64,000 nt of DNA from contig NZ_CAKSNX010000005.1 of NCBI RefSeq assembly GCF_934476685.1, positions 23,116-87,115 of the forward strand. Reading direction: 5' to 3'. Position numbers and translations under genes: made by a program. This DNA is from an uncultured Ruminococcus sp. Lineage in GTDB: Bacteria; Bacillota; Clostridia; Oscillospirales; Ruminococcaceae. Positions 56,893 through 64,000 of the stretch are shown here, one piece after another (the stretch's first letter is position 1; every line of letters starts with the position of its first letter). The notes under the pieces are model-generated. The model did not search any database, was not told where the DNA came from, and was given only the letters and a program-made list of their open reading frames with translations.

Positions 56893-57789
56893 CTACTTCC
56901 CCCTGCGTGTCCTCTGCCTCATTCTGAATCCGCCGTCATCTTTCCCCTCCTTTTCATCTGCGTCCTCAGAGTATATCATCGCCCTGCATTCAAAGTCCTC
57001 GCTCTCAGCCGCCTGACGCTCCAAACGCTTTTTCAAAGCCATAAGCTCGTAAAAGTCCATCTCCTTCGTCCGCTCCGCCATAGCCTCCGCCGAAACAAAA
57101 GGCTTTGTGAAGTAGCTTAACCTCATTATCTCCTTTCTCATCTCTCCGCAGGCACTCTCAACTTTTTTCATAAGCTCTCCCTCAGAACTGCCGAAACCGC
57201 CGCAGGCGTACTTCTTCGCCACCCCTGCATTTCTCTGAGCAGGCACAGCCACAAAGCTCCATTCATATGCGTCCGCAGGTGATTCAAGAACGTGAAAACA
57301 AAGCCTTTCACCGTATCTCTTCCCCTTCATGTGCATACAAGGCTCTTTCATTACGTCCGCCCCGCATACAGAACATATCTTTCTCTCCACTGCACAGCTG
57401 ACGGAAACCTCTTTCTTTATCCCTCCGTCTATCTCCGCAATGAGCGAACGGTTGTCCTCCGTCCTCACCATGTATGCGTACCCCATAAGCGCAGTGTATT
57501 TCTCCCCGTCGCAGGTCAGCCTGTCAGTGTATTCCTTTACCTGCGTGTCGTATATCCTCGCCGTCTGATTTTCTCCCCTCGGATCATGGTCGAATATCCC
57601 CGTCCTGCCTATGTAAAGCTCCGCAAGCTTTTTCAGCGAATCCACCGAAAACTTCTCGTTGTCCCTGTCCACCTCGTTGTCGCAAAGCAGTACAGAAAAA
57701 CAGTATACGTCCTCCGCCTTCAGCTCCCCCACAGCGTGAACATTGATCTTTTCCATTACCTCGTCCGTTATCTCTATGGACTTGTCCAT
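56893..57789 (-). CDS. Prohead protease-like N-domain fused to a coiled-coil scaffold-like C-domain
   Basis: DRDNEKFSVDSLKKLAE...GIFDHD... and ..EWSFVAVPAQRNAGV resemble the S78/HK97 prohead protease pattern. The C-terminal third is charged and helical. Lies between portal and capsid. Confidence 0.55.
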   Translation of the reverse strand: MDKSIEITDEVMEKINVHAVGELKAEDVYCFSVLLCDNEVDRDNEKFSVDSLKKLAELYIGRTGIFDHDPRGENQTARIYDTQVKEYTDRLTCDGEKYTALMGYAYMVRTEDNRSLIAEIDGGIKKEVSVSCAVERKICSVCGADVMKEPCMHMKGKRYGERLCFHVLESPADAYEWSFVAVPAQRNAGVAKKYACGGFGSSEGELMKKVESACGEMRKEIMRLSYFTKPFVSAEAMAERTKEMDFYELMALKKRLERQAAESEDFECRAMIYSEDADEKEGKDDGGFRMRQRTRRGK

Positions 57790-57828
57790 TCTCTTTCCTC
57801 CCTCTCGTTACTTTTTATTCTCATAATT

Positions 57829-59016
57829 CTATTTATTTTCCTGAGCCTCAAGCCTTAACTCAATCTCCCTCGCCTGCGCATTGTAAAGACGTGACTTCGC
57901 CAAAGCCTCCTCGTCCTGAAGATTTATGTTCGCCCATTCTACCTGTGCCCTGCCGCCGCAGCCGCAAAGCCTTAAATGTGCCGAGCATACCTCCTCCAAC
58001 ACAGGTGTGAGCAGCCTGCGGTAATATTCTAGCTCACTTGTAAGAATATCCGCCTGTTGAGCCGACATCCTCTCCGTCGTTGACCAGTTGAGTCCCAGTA
58101 AAAACGGCGGTACAGAAAGCTTTGCCGCTATCTGCTCCAAAAGCTGCCTTACAGGTACTTCCGTGTCGATTATCTGATTTTCCGCTCCGATGACCTTTAC
58201 ATCAACGTCGCCAACTGCCACAAAATCCTTTACAATGCCATTCTTTGCACTCTGCATTCCGTCCGACCATGCCGCAGCGATCTCTTTCGCCCTCTCCTTT
58301 GCGAATATCCTGTCGCCGTCCGCCGTTGGCTTGTATGTCACAGCGTATCTGACGTTTCCTACCCTGTCAAAATTCTGCCCGATGCACTGATATATCCTCA
58401 TCAGCACCGAACTTATGGCAGGCAGTCCCCTCAGCAGCGATACTCCCTCCGGATGCTTCGGACTAGGGTTGAGCGCCGTGTAAAGCAGTCTTTCGGGATC
58501 TCTGACTTTCATCTTTGTCCCGTTCACTCCGCCGTTGTCGAAGTATACCTCCATATCCAGCGGACCTCTCCCCTGCTTGATGTGGTAAAGCGAACTGTCC
58601 GCCACCGCCAAGCCTTTTATCGAGCGTGACCTCTGATCTGCGATTATCATTCCCACAGCCTTTCCGTAGGTCAGCAGCGAGTCAAGGTACATATCCGCAA
58701 AAGTGTATATTGACTTTCCCGAAACGCCTACCCTTACCTCTCTGCAAAATCTGTCCAGCTCACGCTGAAAAGCCTCGTCCTCCGCCTTGACCGTGAAATC
58801 CCCCACCAGTCTTATTATCTTTCCGAAACAAGCGTCGATCATGGGAACTTCCGCCCTCAGCCTGTCATAAAGCCCGCTCTCCAGCATATCTGTACAGCAG
58901 GCAAGCCGAAACGGCGAAGCTATCGGCTGTGAACAGTAAACTGTCCTCTGCGCCGCCTGAGTTTTCAAAGCATTTTCCTTTGCCTTTCTTCTTCCGAATA
59001 CAGCCATTCCTTTCAC
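57829..59016 (-). CDS. Phage portal protein
   Basis: 395 aa, immediately downstream of TerL with an ATGA overlap. The assignment is mostly positional. Confidence 0.65.
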   Translation of the reverse strand: MKGMAVFGRRKAKENALKTQAAQRTVYCSQPIASPFRLACCTDMLESGLYDRLRAEVPMIDACFGKIIRLVGDFTVKAEDEAFQRELDRFCREVRVGVSGKSIYTFADMYLDSLLTYGKAVGMIIADQRSRSIKGLAVADSSLYHIKQGRGPLDMEVYFDNGGVNGTKMKVRDPERLLYTALNPSPKHPEGVSLLRGLPAISSVLMRIYQCIGQNFDRVGNVRYAVTYKPTADGDRIFAKERAKEIAAAWSDGMQSAKNGIVKDFVAVGDVDVKVIGAENQIIDTEVPVRQLLEQIAAKLSVPPFLLGLNWSTTERMSAQQADILTSELEYYRRLLTPVLEEVCSAHLRLCGCGGRAQVEWANINLQDEEALAKSRLYNAQAREIELRLEAQENK

Positions 59017-60350
59017 CCCCTCTCTGTCTGAATCGTTCTATCCAGCGATATCACCGAAAATCCATCGTCCCCGATGCCATTCAGCGACGTTACAAAATAC
59101 CTCATATCGTCCATTGCGTGGTCATGCTCCTTTACAGGACAGTCCCTTCCTGCATTTTCGTCCCAACGGTAAAGAGCGAACTCCCTCAGTGTATCTTCGC
59201 ACCTCTTGCTGAACATAAGCTTTCCCTGACGAATGTAGTCGGAAACCTTTCTTATCCCCGTAACAACATCATTGTCCGCCTGCCTTACACAGTATCGCCT
59301 GTGCCTCGTTATGCATTCGATAAATGAAGCCGCCGACGGATCGCATACGATGTAATCTATCTCCCTGCCGCCTATAAGACCGCATAAAGCCTCGTAATGC
59401 TCCTCGTCCGTCCGCCTTTTCCCCTCTTTCGCCGAGTCGAAATAGTATTCGTCTATCCTCAGCCACTTTTCTCCAAGCTTTCCCCAAAGCCCGAAGCTTG
59501 ACGGATTGACCGTCCCGTAATCACAGCTCACCACAAAACGCTCATAGTTATTTTCCGCCGCCTTTCTTCCGCCGATAATGTCGCCGTCATTAAATGTATG
59601 CTCAAGACTGCTGAACATAGGGTAAACCAACCCCTCCGCCGCAGCCCATCTGCCTAAAACGAACCTCTGATAAAACGTCCCCGTGTACAGCCTTGCATAT
59701 CTGTTTATCACCGACCTAGTAAGACTGGGATTGTCCTCCAATGAAAAATGCCTGTACAGCATATTCTTCTCCGCCGCCTTGTCTATCCATTCACGCTTGA
59801 ACCAGTGGAACGGATTGTCCGGATTGCAGTTGAACCATAGCTTTGACCCCGCCACCGAGCATCTCGCCACAGCCTGCTCCACAAAACTTCTCGGCATAAG
59901 CGCCGTTTCGTCCATAAGTATCCCCGCCAGCGTTATTCCCTGTATAAGCGAAGCCGAACCCTCGTCCTTTCCGCCGAATATGTAAAACCTGTTGCACCTT
60001 CCGCCGTATGAAATATCAAAATAATTCTTTGAAATGCTGTCCCGTACCGAACAGCCGAAACTCTCCAACTGACGCTGAAGATCCGTCACAAGATTTCTCC
60101 TCACCGAGCGGATAGTCTTGCCGCATATGCCGAAATTTTTACCGTCGAACAGACTCATCGCCCATATGCCGAAAGAAATGCCCATTGAAAAGGTCTTGCC
60201 CGACCTTACTGCCCCGTCGCAGATTATGCCGTCATACCGCCTGTATCTCCTGTTCGCCCACCAGCCAAGCACAAATGCCTGCTTGTCCGACAGCTTTAAA
60301 GGAGCTTTTTCTATTTTCTCTATTTTCTCTATTTTCTCTATTTTCCCCAC
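59013..60350 (-). CDS. Terminase large subunit (PBSX-type)
   Basis: Walker A GAVRSGKT, Walker B-like ILMDE, and a C-terminal nuclease domain with acidic motifs. GTG start. The N-terminus contains (EKI)x4. Confidence 0.85.
   Translation of the reverse strand: MGKIEKIEKIEKIEKAPLKLSDKQAFVLGWWANRRYRRYDGIICDGAVRSGKTFSMGISFGIWAMSLFDGKNFGICGKTIRSVRRNLVTDLQRQLESFGCSVRDSISKNYFDISYGGRCNRFYIFGGKDEGSASLIQGITLAGILMDETALMPRSFVEQAVARCSVAGSKLWFNCNPDNPFHWFKREWIDKAAEKNMLYRHFSLEDNPSLTRSVINRYARLYTGTFYQRFVLGRWAAAEGLVYPMFSSLEHTFNDGDIIGGRKAAENNYERFVVSCDYGTVNPSSFGLWGKLGEKWLRIDEYYFDSAKEGKRRTDEEHYEALCGLIGGREIDYIVCDPSAASFIECITRHRRYCVRQADNDVVTGIRKVSDYIRQGKLMFSKRCEDTLREFALYRWDENAGRDCPVKEHDHAMDDMRYFVTSLNGIGDDGFSVISLDRTIQTERG
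60311..60346 (-). repeat. 9-bp x 4 tandem repeat (ctattttct on the + strand) encoding (EKI)4 at the terL 5' end
   Basis: Direct reading of 60311-60346. The fourth unit has one substitution. Confidence 0.8.
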
Positions 60351-60353
60351 CGG

Positions 60354-60854
60354 CTAGTCCGCCTCCCTTTCGTCAGCGTCCTCTGCGCCGTCAATATCCT
60401 GCGCCTGCCTGTAAAAAGCCTCAAGAAAAGCCTCCGCCGCAGAAATCTCCCGCAGCTGCGGATCAAGCTCCACCAGCTTTTCCAAAGCCTTCTGACGGTC
60501 GAAAAACTTCATCTCTATACCGCCGCCCTTCGGACGCTTTATCTCCGCAACATTGAAAAGATCCGCCCTCATTATCCTCTCCGCCTCAGGCTCATCATCA
60601 AAAGCCAGCGCAACAGCGTCGTTGACCGCCCCGAAAGCAAGCCTTGAAAGCCCCGTCTTGACGTAGCATAAGCTCTGCTGATCTCCGCTGTCCAAACGCC
60701 TTATCTCATTCTGCACCGCCTGCCGTGACAGAAGATCAGCCTCCGCACGCCTTGCCTCATCAGGTCTTACCCCTAAACGCACCGCCGTTTCAGCGCCGTT
60801 CCTCGTCCTCACGAACATTCTCGCAAAATCCTTCATAGAAAATTTAAAATTCAT
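60354..60854 (-). CDS. Terminase small subunit (Terminase_2 / P27-like)
   Basis: NGAETAVRLGVRPDEARRAEADLLSRQAVQNEI and DRQKALEKLVEL match the small-terminase pattern. The ATG at 60854 lies 5 nt after GGAGGG. Confidence 0.75.
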   Translation of the reverse strand: MNFKFSMKDFARMFVRTRNGAETAVRLGVRPDEARRAEADLLSRQAVQNEIRRLDSGDQQSLCYVKTGLSRLAFGAVNDAVALAFDDEPEAERIMRADLFNVAEIKRPKGGGIEMKFFDRQKALEKLVELDPQLREISAAEAFLEAFYRQAQDIDGAEDADEREAD

Positions 60855-61185
60855 GTTTGCCCTCCGTTCTTTTTTTCGACCGCCGATCACTCAGCAAGTC
60901 CTTTCACTAACATCGAAAAACCGCCCGAAAGTTGCACTAAAACGTACAACAATTACTCAAATATATCTAAATTAAATTATTTATCATATACTTGCACAAT
61001 CTATTACACCATTTCCTGTGCATGACCCACAAACAGCCGCACACCATTCGTGAATTAGTATTAATTTCAAAACATTTGTGAAACTGCCACAAAATCACAG
61101 AGAAAATTTATCCATTAAAAAGTATTGACAAAATAAATATTTGTTGTAAAATATAAAATAGAAGTAAAAATAAGGGGGAAAACTT

Positions 61186-63093
61186 ATGAAAAAAATTTTA
61201 GCCACAGCGTTGGCGCTCACACTCACATTCGGTACATTCGCTCTGCCCGCAGCCGAAAGCGGCGTCTGCATAGCAGATAAATTTGCGGTTTCAGCGGGTG
61301 CAGAAAGCTACGATGACAATGATGATGAATATCGGTACGGTGAATTCGATTACGAGGACTTTCAGTATGATATCCTTGATGACGGAACGATCGAGATAAA
61401 AAAGTATACCGGAAGTAACGGAGCAGTCGATATTCCTAGCACTATTGACGGCAAAGCAGTTACAAGTATCGGCAAAAATACATTTTATTACAATAAAGCC
61501 GTTACAAGCGTAACCATACCGGAAAGTATTACAAACATTGGACAAGATGCGTTTTACCATTGTGATAATATCACCAGTATAACTGTCCCAAAGAATGTCG
61601 AAAGTATTGGTTTGTGTGCATTTTATAGCTTAGGTATTGAAAAAATAAGTGTTGATGTCAGAAATAAGTACTATGCATCAAAAGATGGTGTATTGTTCAA
61701 TAAGAAACAAACAGAACTATTAGCCTACCCTCTCGGTAGTAAAAGAACGGAATACACTGTTCCAAATAGTGTAACTAGTATTAATGAACGTTCCTTTACG
61801 TCCGCTGTAAATCTTAAAACTCTAACCATCCCTGACAGTGTTGCAAATATTGGATATTTGGCATTTTATCGCTGTAAAAAACTCGAAACTGTAAATTGGC
61901 CTAAAAATACCCCATGCATTGGGGACTCAGCATTTATGTATTGCGAAAGTTTAAAAAACATAACTCTTCCGGATACTTTAACAAGTATTGGTAGCTCCGT
62001 TTTTGATGGCTGTAAAAGTCTTACAAGCATAAGCATTCCATATGGTATAACGACCATTGATTATGAAACGTTTAGCGGTTGCAGCAGCCTTACAAATGTC
62101 ACCATTCCTAACAGCGTAACAGAAATCAAACCAGAAGCGTTCAAATTTTGTGACAGCTTGAAACACGTAATTATCCCTGACAGCATAACAGAAATTAAGG
62201 ATAGCGCATTTTATTCATGCGATGATTTGTCATGCCTTTTCCTCCCTAAAAGCGTAAAACTAATTGATCCGAAAGCGTTCGAGAATTGTGATAAATTAAC
62301 TGACATTTACTACGAAGGATCAGAAGAGGAATGGAACAAAATAACCTTTTATTCTAATAATAATCAAACCATAAACTTTAAGAATGCCACTAAAAACTAC
62401 AATTTCACATTTGATCCAAGTACAGCAAAATATGCTTTCTCATGTGACGTATCGCTCCCACCAGTAACCCAATATTTCAGAGGTACAAGAATCAAGCCGA
62501 TAGTTACCGTAAAAGATGGTGACAAGGTACTGAAATGCGGAACAGATTATACCGCAATATATAAAGATAACCTTGTTGCAGGTAAAGCCTCCGTCATTAT
62601 AAAAGGCAAGGGCGACTACATAGGAACAACTGTCGAAAATTACATGATAGTTCAGCGTTCTGTTGCAAACTGCGATGTCAAACTGGATTCTGACAGCTAT
62701 TACTATAACGGAACAGAGGTATTTCCTTCTGTAAAGTTATTCGCCAACGGAAAAGAGCTGTATGACGGAAACTATACCCTTTCTTACAGCAATAACCTTT
62801 CCGCAGGCACAGCTACGGTCATTATCAAGGGTCAGAAAAGTCTTAAAGGCACATTCAGAAAGTCCTTCAAGATAAAGCCGAGAGCCCTTGCTGAATGCAC
62901 AGTTGAGCTGACAAAAAATTCAGATAACGAATATCAGCCAACAGCAGCCGTAAAGATAGACTCAAACACTATCGACAGCGAAAACTACACTGTAAAGTAC
63001 ACTACCTCAGCCGACAATAAGACTGTTAATGTCACACTCACAGGCAAGAAGAACCTTACAGGCTCGGTAACAAAAACTTACACAGTTCAATAG
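61186..63093 (+). CDS. Secreted leucine-rich-repeat (BspA-like) surface protein with C-terminal Ig-like repeats
   Basis: Signal peptide. About 12 repeats of roughly 23 aa of the form IP.SVT.IG..AF..C..L. Three C-terminal repeats of about 70 aa (Y.GT...P.V.V......L..G.DYT..Y.NN...G.A.V.I.G.G.Y.G). Confidence 0.8.
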   Translation: MKKILATALALTLTFGTFALPAAESGVCIADKFAVSAGAESYDDNDDEYRYGEFDYEDFQYDILDDGTIEIKKYTGSNGAVDIPSTIDGKAVTSIGKNTFYYNKAVTSVTIPESITNIGQDAFYHCDNITSITVPKNVESIGLCAFYSLGIEKISVDVRNKYYASKDGVLFNKKQTELLAYPLGSKRTEYTVPNSVTSINERSFTSAVNLKTLTIPDSVANIGYLAFYRCKKLETVNWPKNTPCIGDSAFMYCESLKNITLPDTLTSIGSSVFDGCKSLTSISIPYGITTIDYETFSGCSSLTNVTIPNSVTEIKPEAFKFCDSLKHVIIPDSITEIKDSAFYSCDDLSCLFLPKSVKLIDPKAFENCDKLTDIYYEGSEEEWNKITFYSNNNQTINFKNATKNYNFTFDPSTAKYAFSCDVSLPPVTQYFRGTRIKPIVTVKDGDKVLKCGTDYTAIYKDNLVAGKASVIIKGKGDYIGTTVENYMIVQRSVANCDVKLDSDSYYYNGTEVFPSVKLFANGKELYDGNYTLSYSNNLSAGTATVIIKGQKSLKGTFRKSFKIKPRALAECTVELTKNSDNEYQPTAAVKIDSNTIDSENYTVKYTTSADNKTVNVTLTGKKNLTGSVTKTYTVQ

Positions 63094-63548
63094 TTCCTCC
63101 AAAATATAATATTGACTACGATCCCTCTGTCGCTTTTTCTGCGGCAGGGGGATCAAAATTGTGCATTGTGTCCGTCCGCCGCCTGCTGCGCTATGTCAAT
63201 TTAAACAAATGTATCTATTGACATTTAGCTATAAATACCATATAATTATAAAAGGTGCAGTTGTATTCAGAAAGTTCAAATTTATAATGACATAATTAAA
63301 AATTTGTTCTAAAACAACTCCGCCCATATCTGCCATTCTGAAAAATTTGCTTGGTTTTTCTGTTCTTTAAATTCCACGTTTTCCATATCTGAGCGCATAA
63401 TTTACCGAAAATTTATAGATACTGCTTTTTTCTTCTTGAAAAAAGTTCGGGAATATGGTATAATTTATAGGACGATTTGTAAATTAATATTTTTGAAAAA
63501 CTGAGTTTTATTTTTTTACAAAAAGCGAAGAATTAGGAGGAATGTATA

Positions 63549-64000
63549 ATGTCAAAGGCAATCGAGAAAACGATCTCCAAAGAGGACCTTAAAAATCAGT
63601 TTGTGGACATTCTCCATAACGATTTTCAGACTACTCCTGAAGAGGCTGACGACCGTCAGGTCTATGAGGCACTCTCTAAGATCGTGGTAAATATTCTCAA
63701 AGCTAAGAGAAGAAAATTTACAGTAAAAACACAGTCCGAAGGCAAGAAGAAGATCTACTATCTTTCAATGGAATTCCTTATGGGACGTTCCTTGAAAACA
63801 TCACTCTATAACCTCGAAATGGTTAAGCAGGCTACTTCTGTCCTCAAGGATTTCGGCATCTCTATCAACGGTATCTACGAGCAGGAGCCTGACGCAGGTC
63901 TTGGAAACGGCGGTCTTGGAAGACTTGCTGCCTGCTATCTTGACGCACTCGCTGCTGACGGCTATCACGCAACAGGCTATTCAATCTGCTATGAGTACGG
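63549..64000 (+). CDS. glgP: Glycogen/starch phosphorylase, 3' partial
   Basis: My own translation from the ATG at 63549 (AGGAGG RBS) gives MSKAIEKT...YYLSMEFLMGRSL...EQEPDAGLGNGGLGRLAACYLDALA. The frame is open to the end of the window, and it is absent from the ORF track because no stop is present. Confidence 0.9.
   Translation, partial: MSKAIEKTISKEDLKNQFVDILHNDFQTTPEEADDRQVYEALSKIVVNILKAKRRKFTVKTQSEGKKKIYYLSMEFLMGRSLKTSLYNLEMVKQATSVLKDFGISINGIYEQEPDAGLGNGGLGRLAACYLDALAADGYHATGYSICYEY

Larger units (their letters stand above)
53065..60854 (-). mobile_element. Phage-derived DNA-packaging / head gene module (9 genes) with no recognisable tail, lysis, replication or integration genes
   Basis: Co-directional, tightly coupled genes: TerS, TerL, portal, protease-scaffold, capsid, three proteins of 121-135 aa, and a 315-aa unknown. 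Host operons and terminators flank both sides. Confidence 0.7.

Noticed and set aside
53065-60890. Classifying the head module as an intact prophage, an intact cf-PICI or an encapsulin operon
   Set aside because: It has no integrase, repressor, replication or lysis genes, so it is not an intact prophage or PICI. The presence of terminase and portal argues against an encapsulin. It is reported as an open question instead.
1-64000. tRNA, rRNA, tmRNA, SRP or 6S RNA genes
   Set aside because: I scanned intergenic regions for cloverleaf-like or conserved strings and found none. The only conserved-RNA signatures were RNase P RNA and the two T-box leaders. A covariance-model scan would be needed to be sure.

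Overview
This window looks like chromosomal DNA from a spore-forming Firmicute. The gene content is Clostridia / Ruminococcus-like, but that is inference and no species call is possible. About 60 credible protein genes are present, mostly housekeeping or carbohydrate-related: cysE-cysS, pgsA, rimO, hisS, aspS, mgsA, hpt, a purine permease, trpF, a dxs-like gene, GH13, GH3, an SGNH esterase, a LacI-regulated sugar ABC system and partial glgP. I also see one RNase P RNA (type A) and two T-box leaders (a Cys leader, and a His/Asp leader with overlapping GAC/CAC). No tRNA, rRNA or CRISPR was seen. Three things stand out. (1) The first ~4.36 kb is the right end of a temperate, skin-like element (S24 repressor, zinc-ribbon membrane protein, Abi_2, large serine recombinase). 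It sits inside the spore-coat gene cotJC, and only the first 33 conserved codons of cotJC remain next to cotJA-cotJB. (2) A modular, hairpin-rich intergenic repeat family occurs six times (about 14.8, 26.9, 32.3, 40.0, 42.6 and 55.4 kb). Its core is a GTAG-headed GC palindrome, which resembles REP elements. One copy lies inside a phage-derived operon. (3) A compact 9-gene phage-derived packaging/head module (TerS, TerL, portal, protease-scaffold, capsid, three small connector-sized genes and one 315-aa unknown) lies at 53.1-60.9 kb. It has no recognisable tail-fibre, tape-measure, lysis, replication or integration genes and is bounded by host operons. All functional calls rest on motifs read by eye and remembered family signatures. 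No database search was run.
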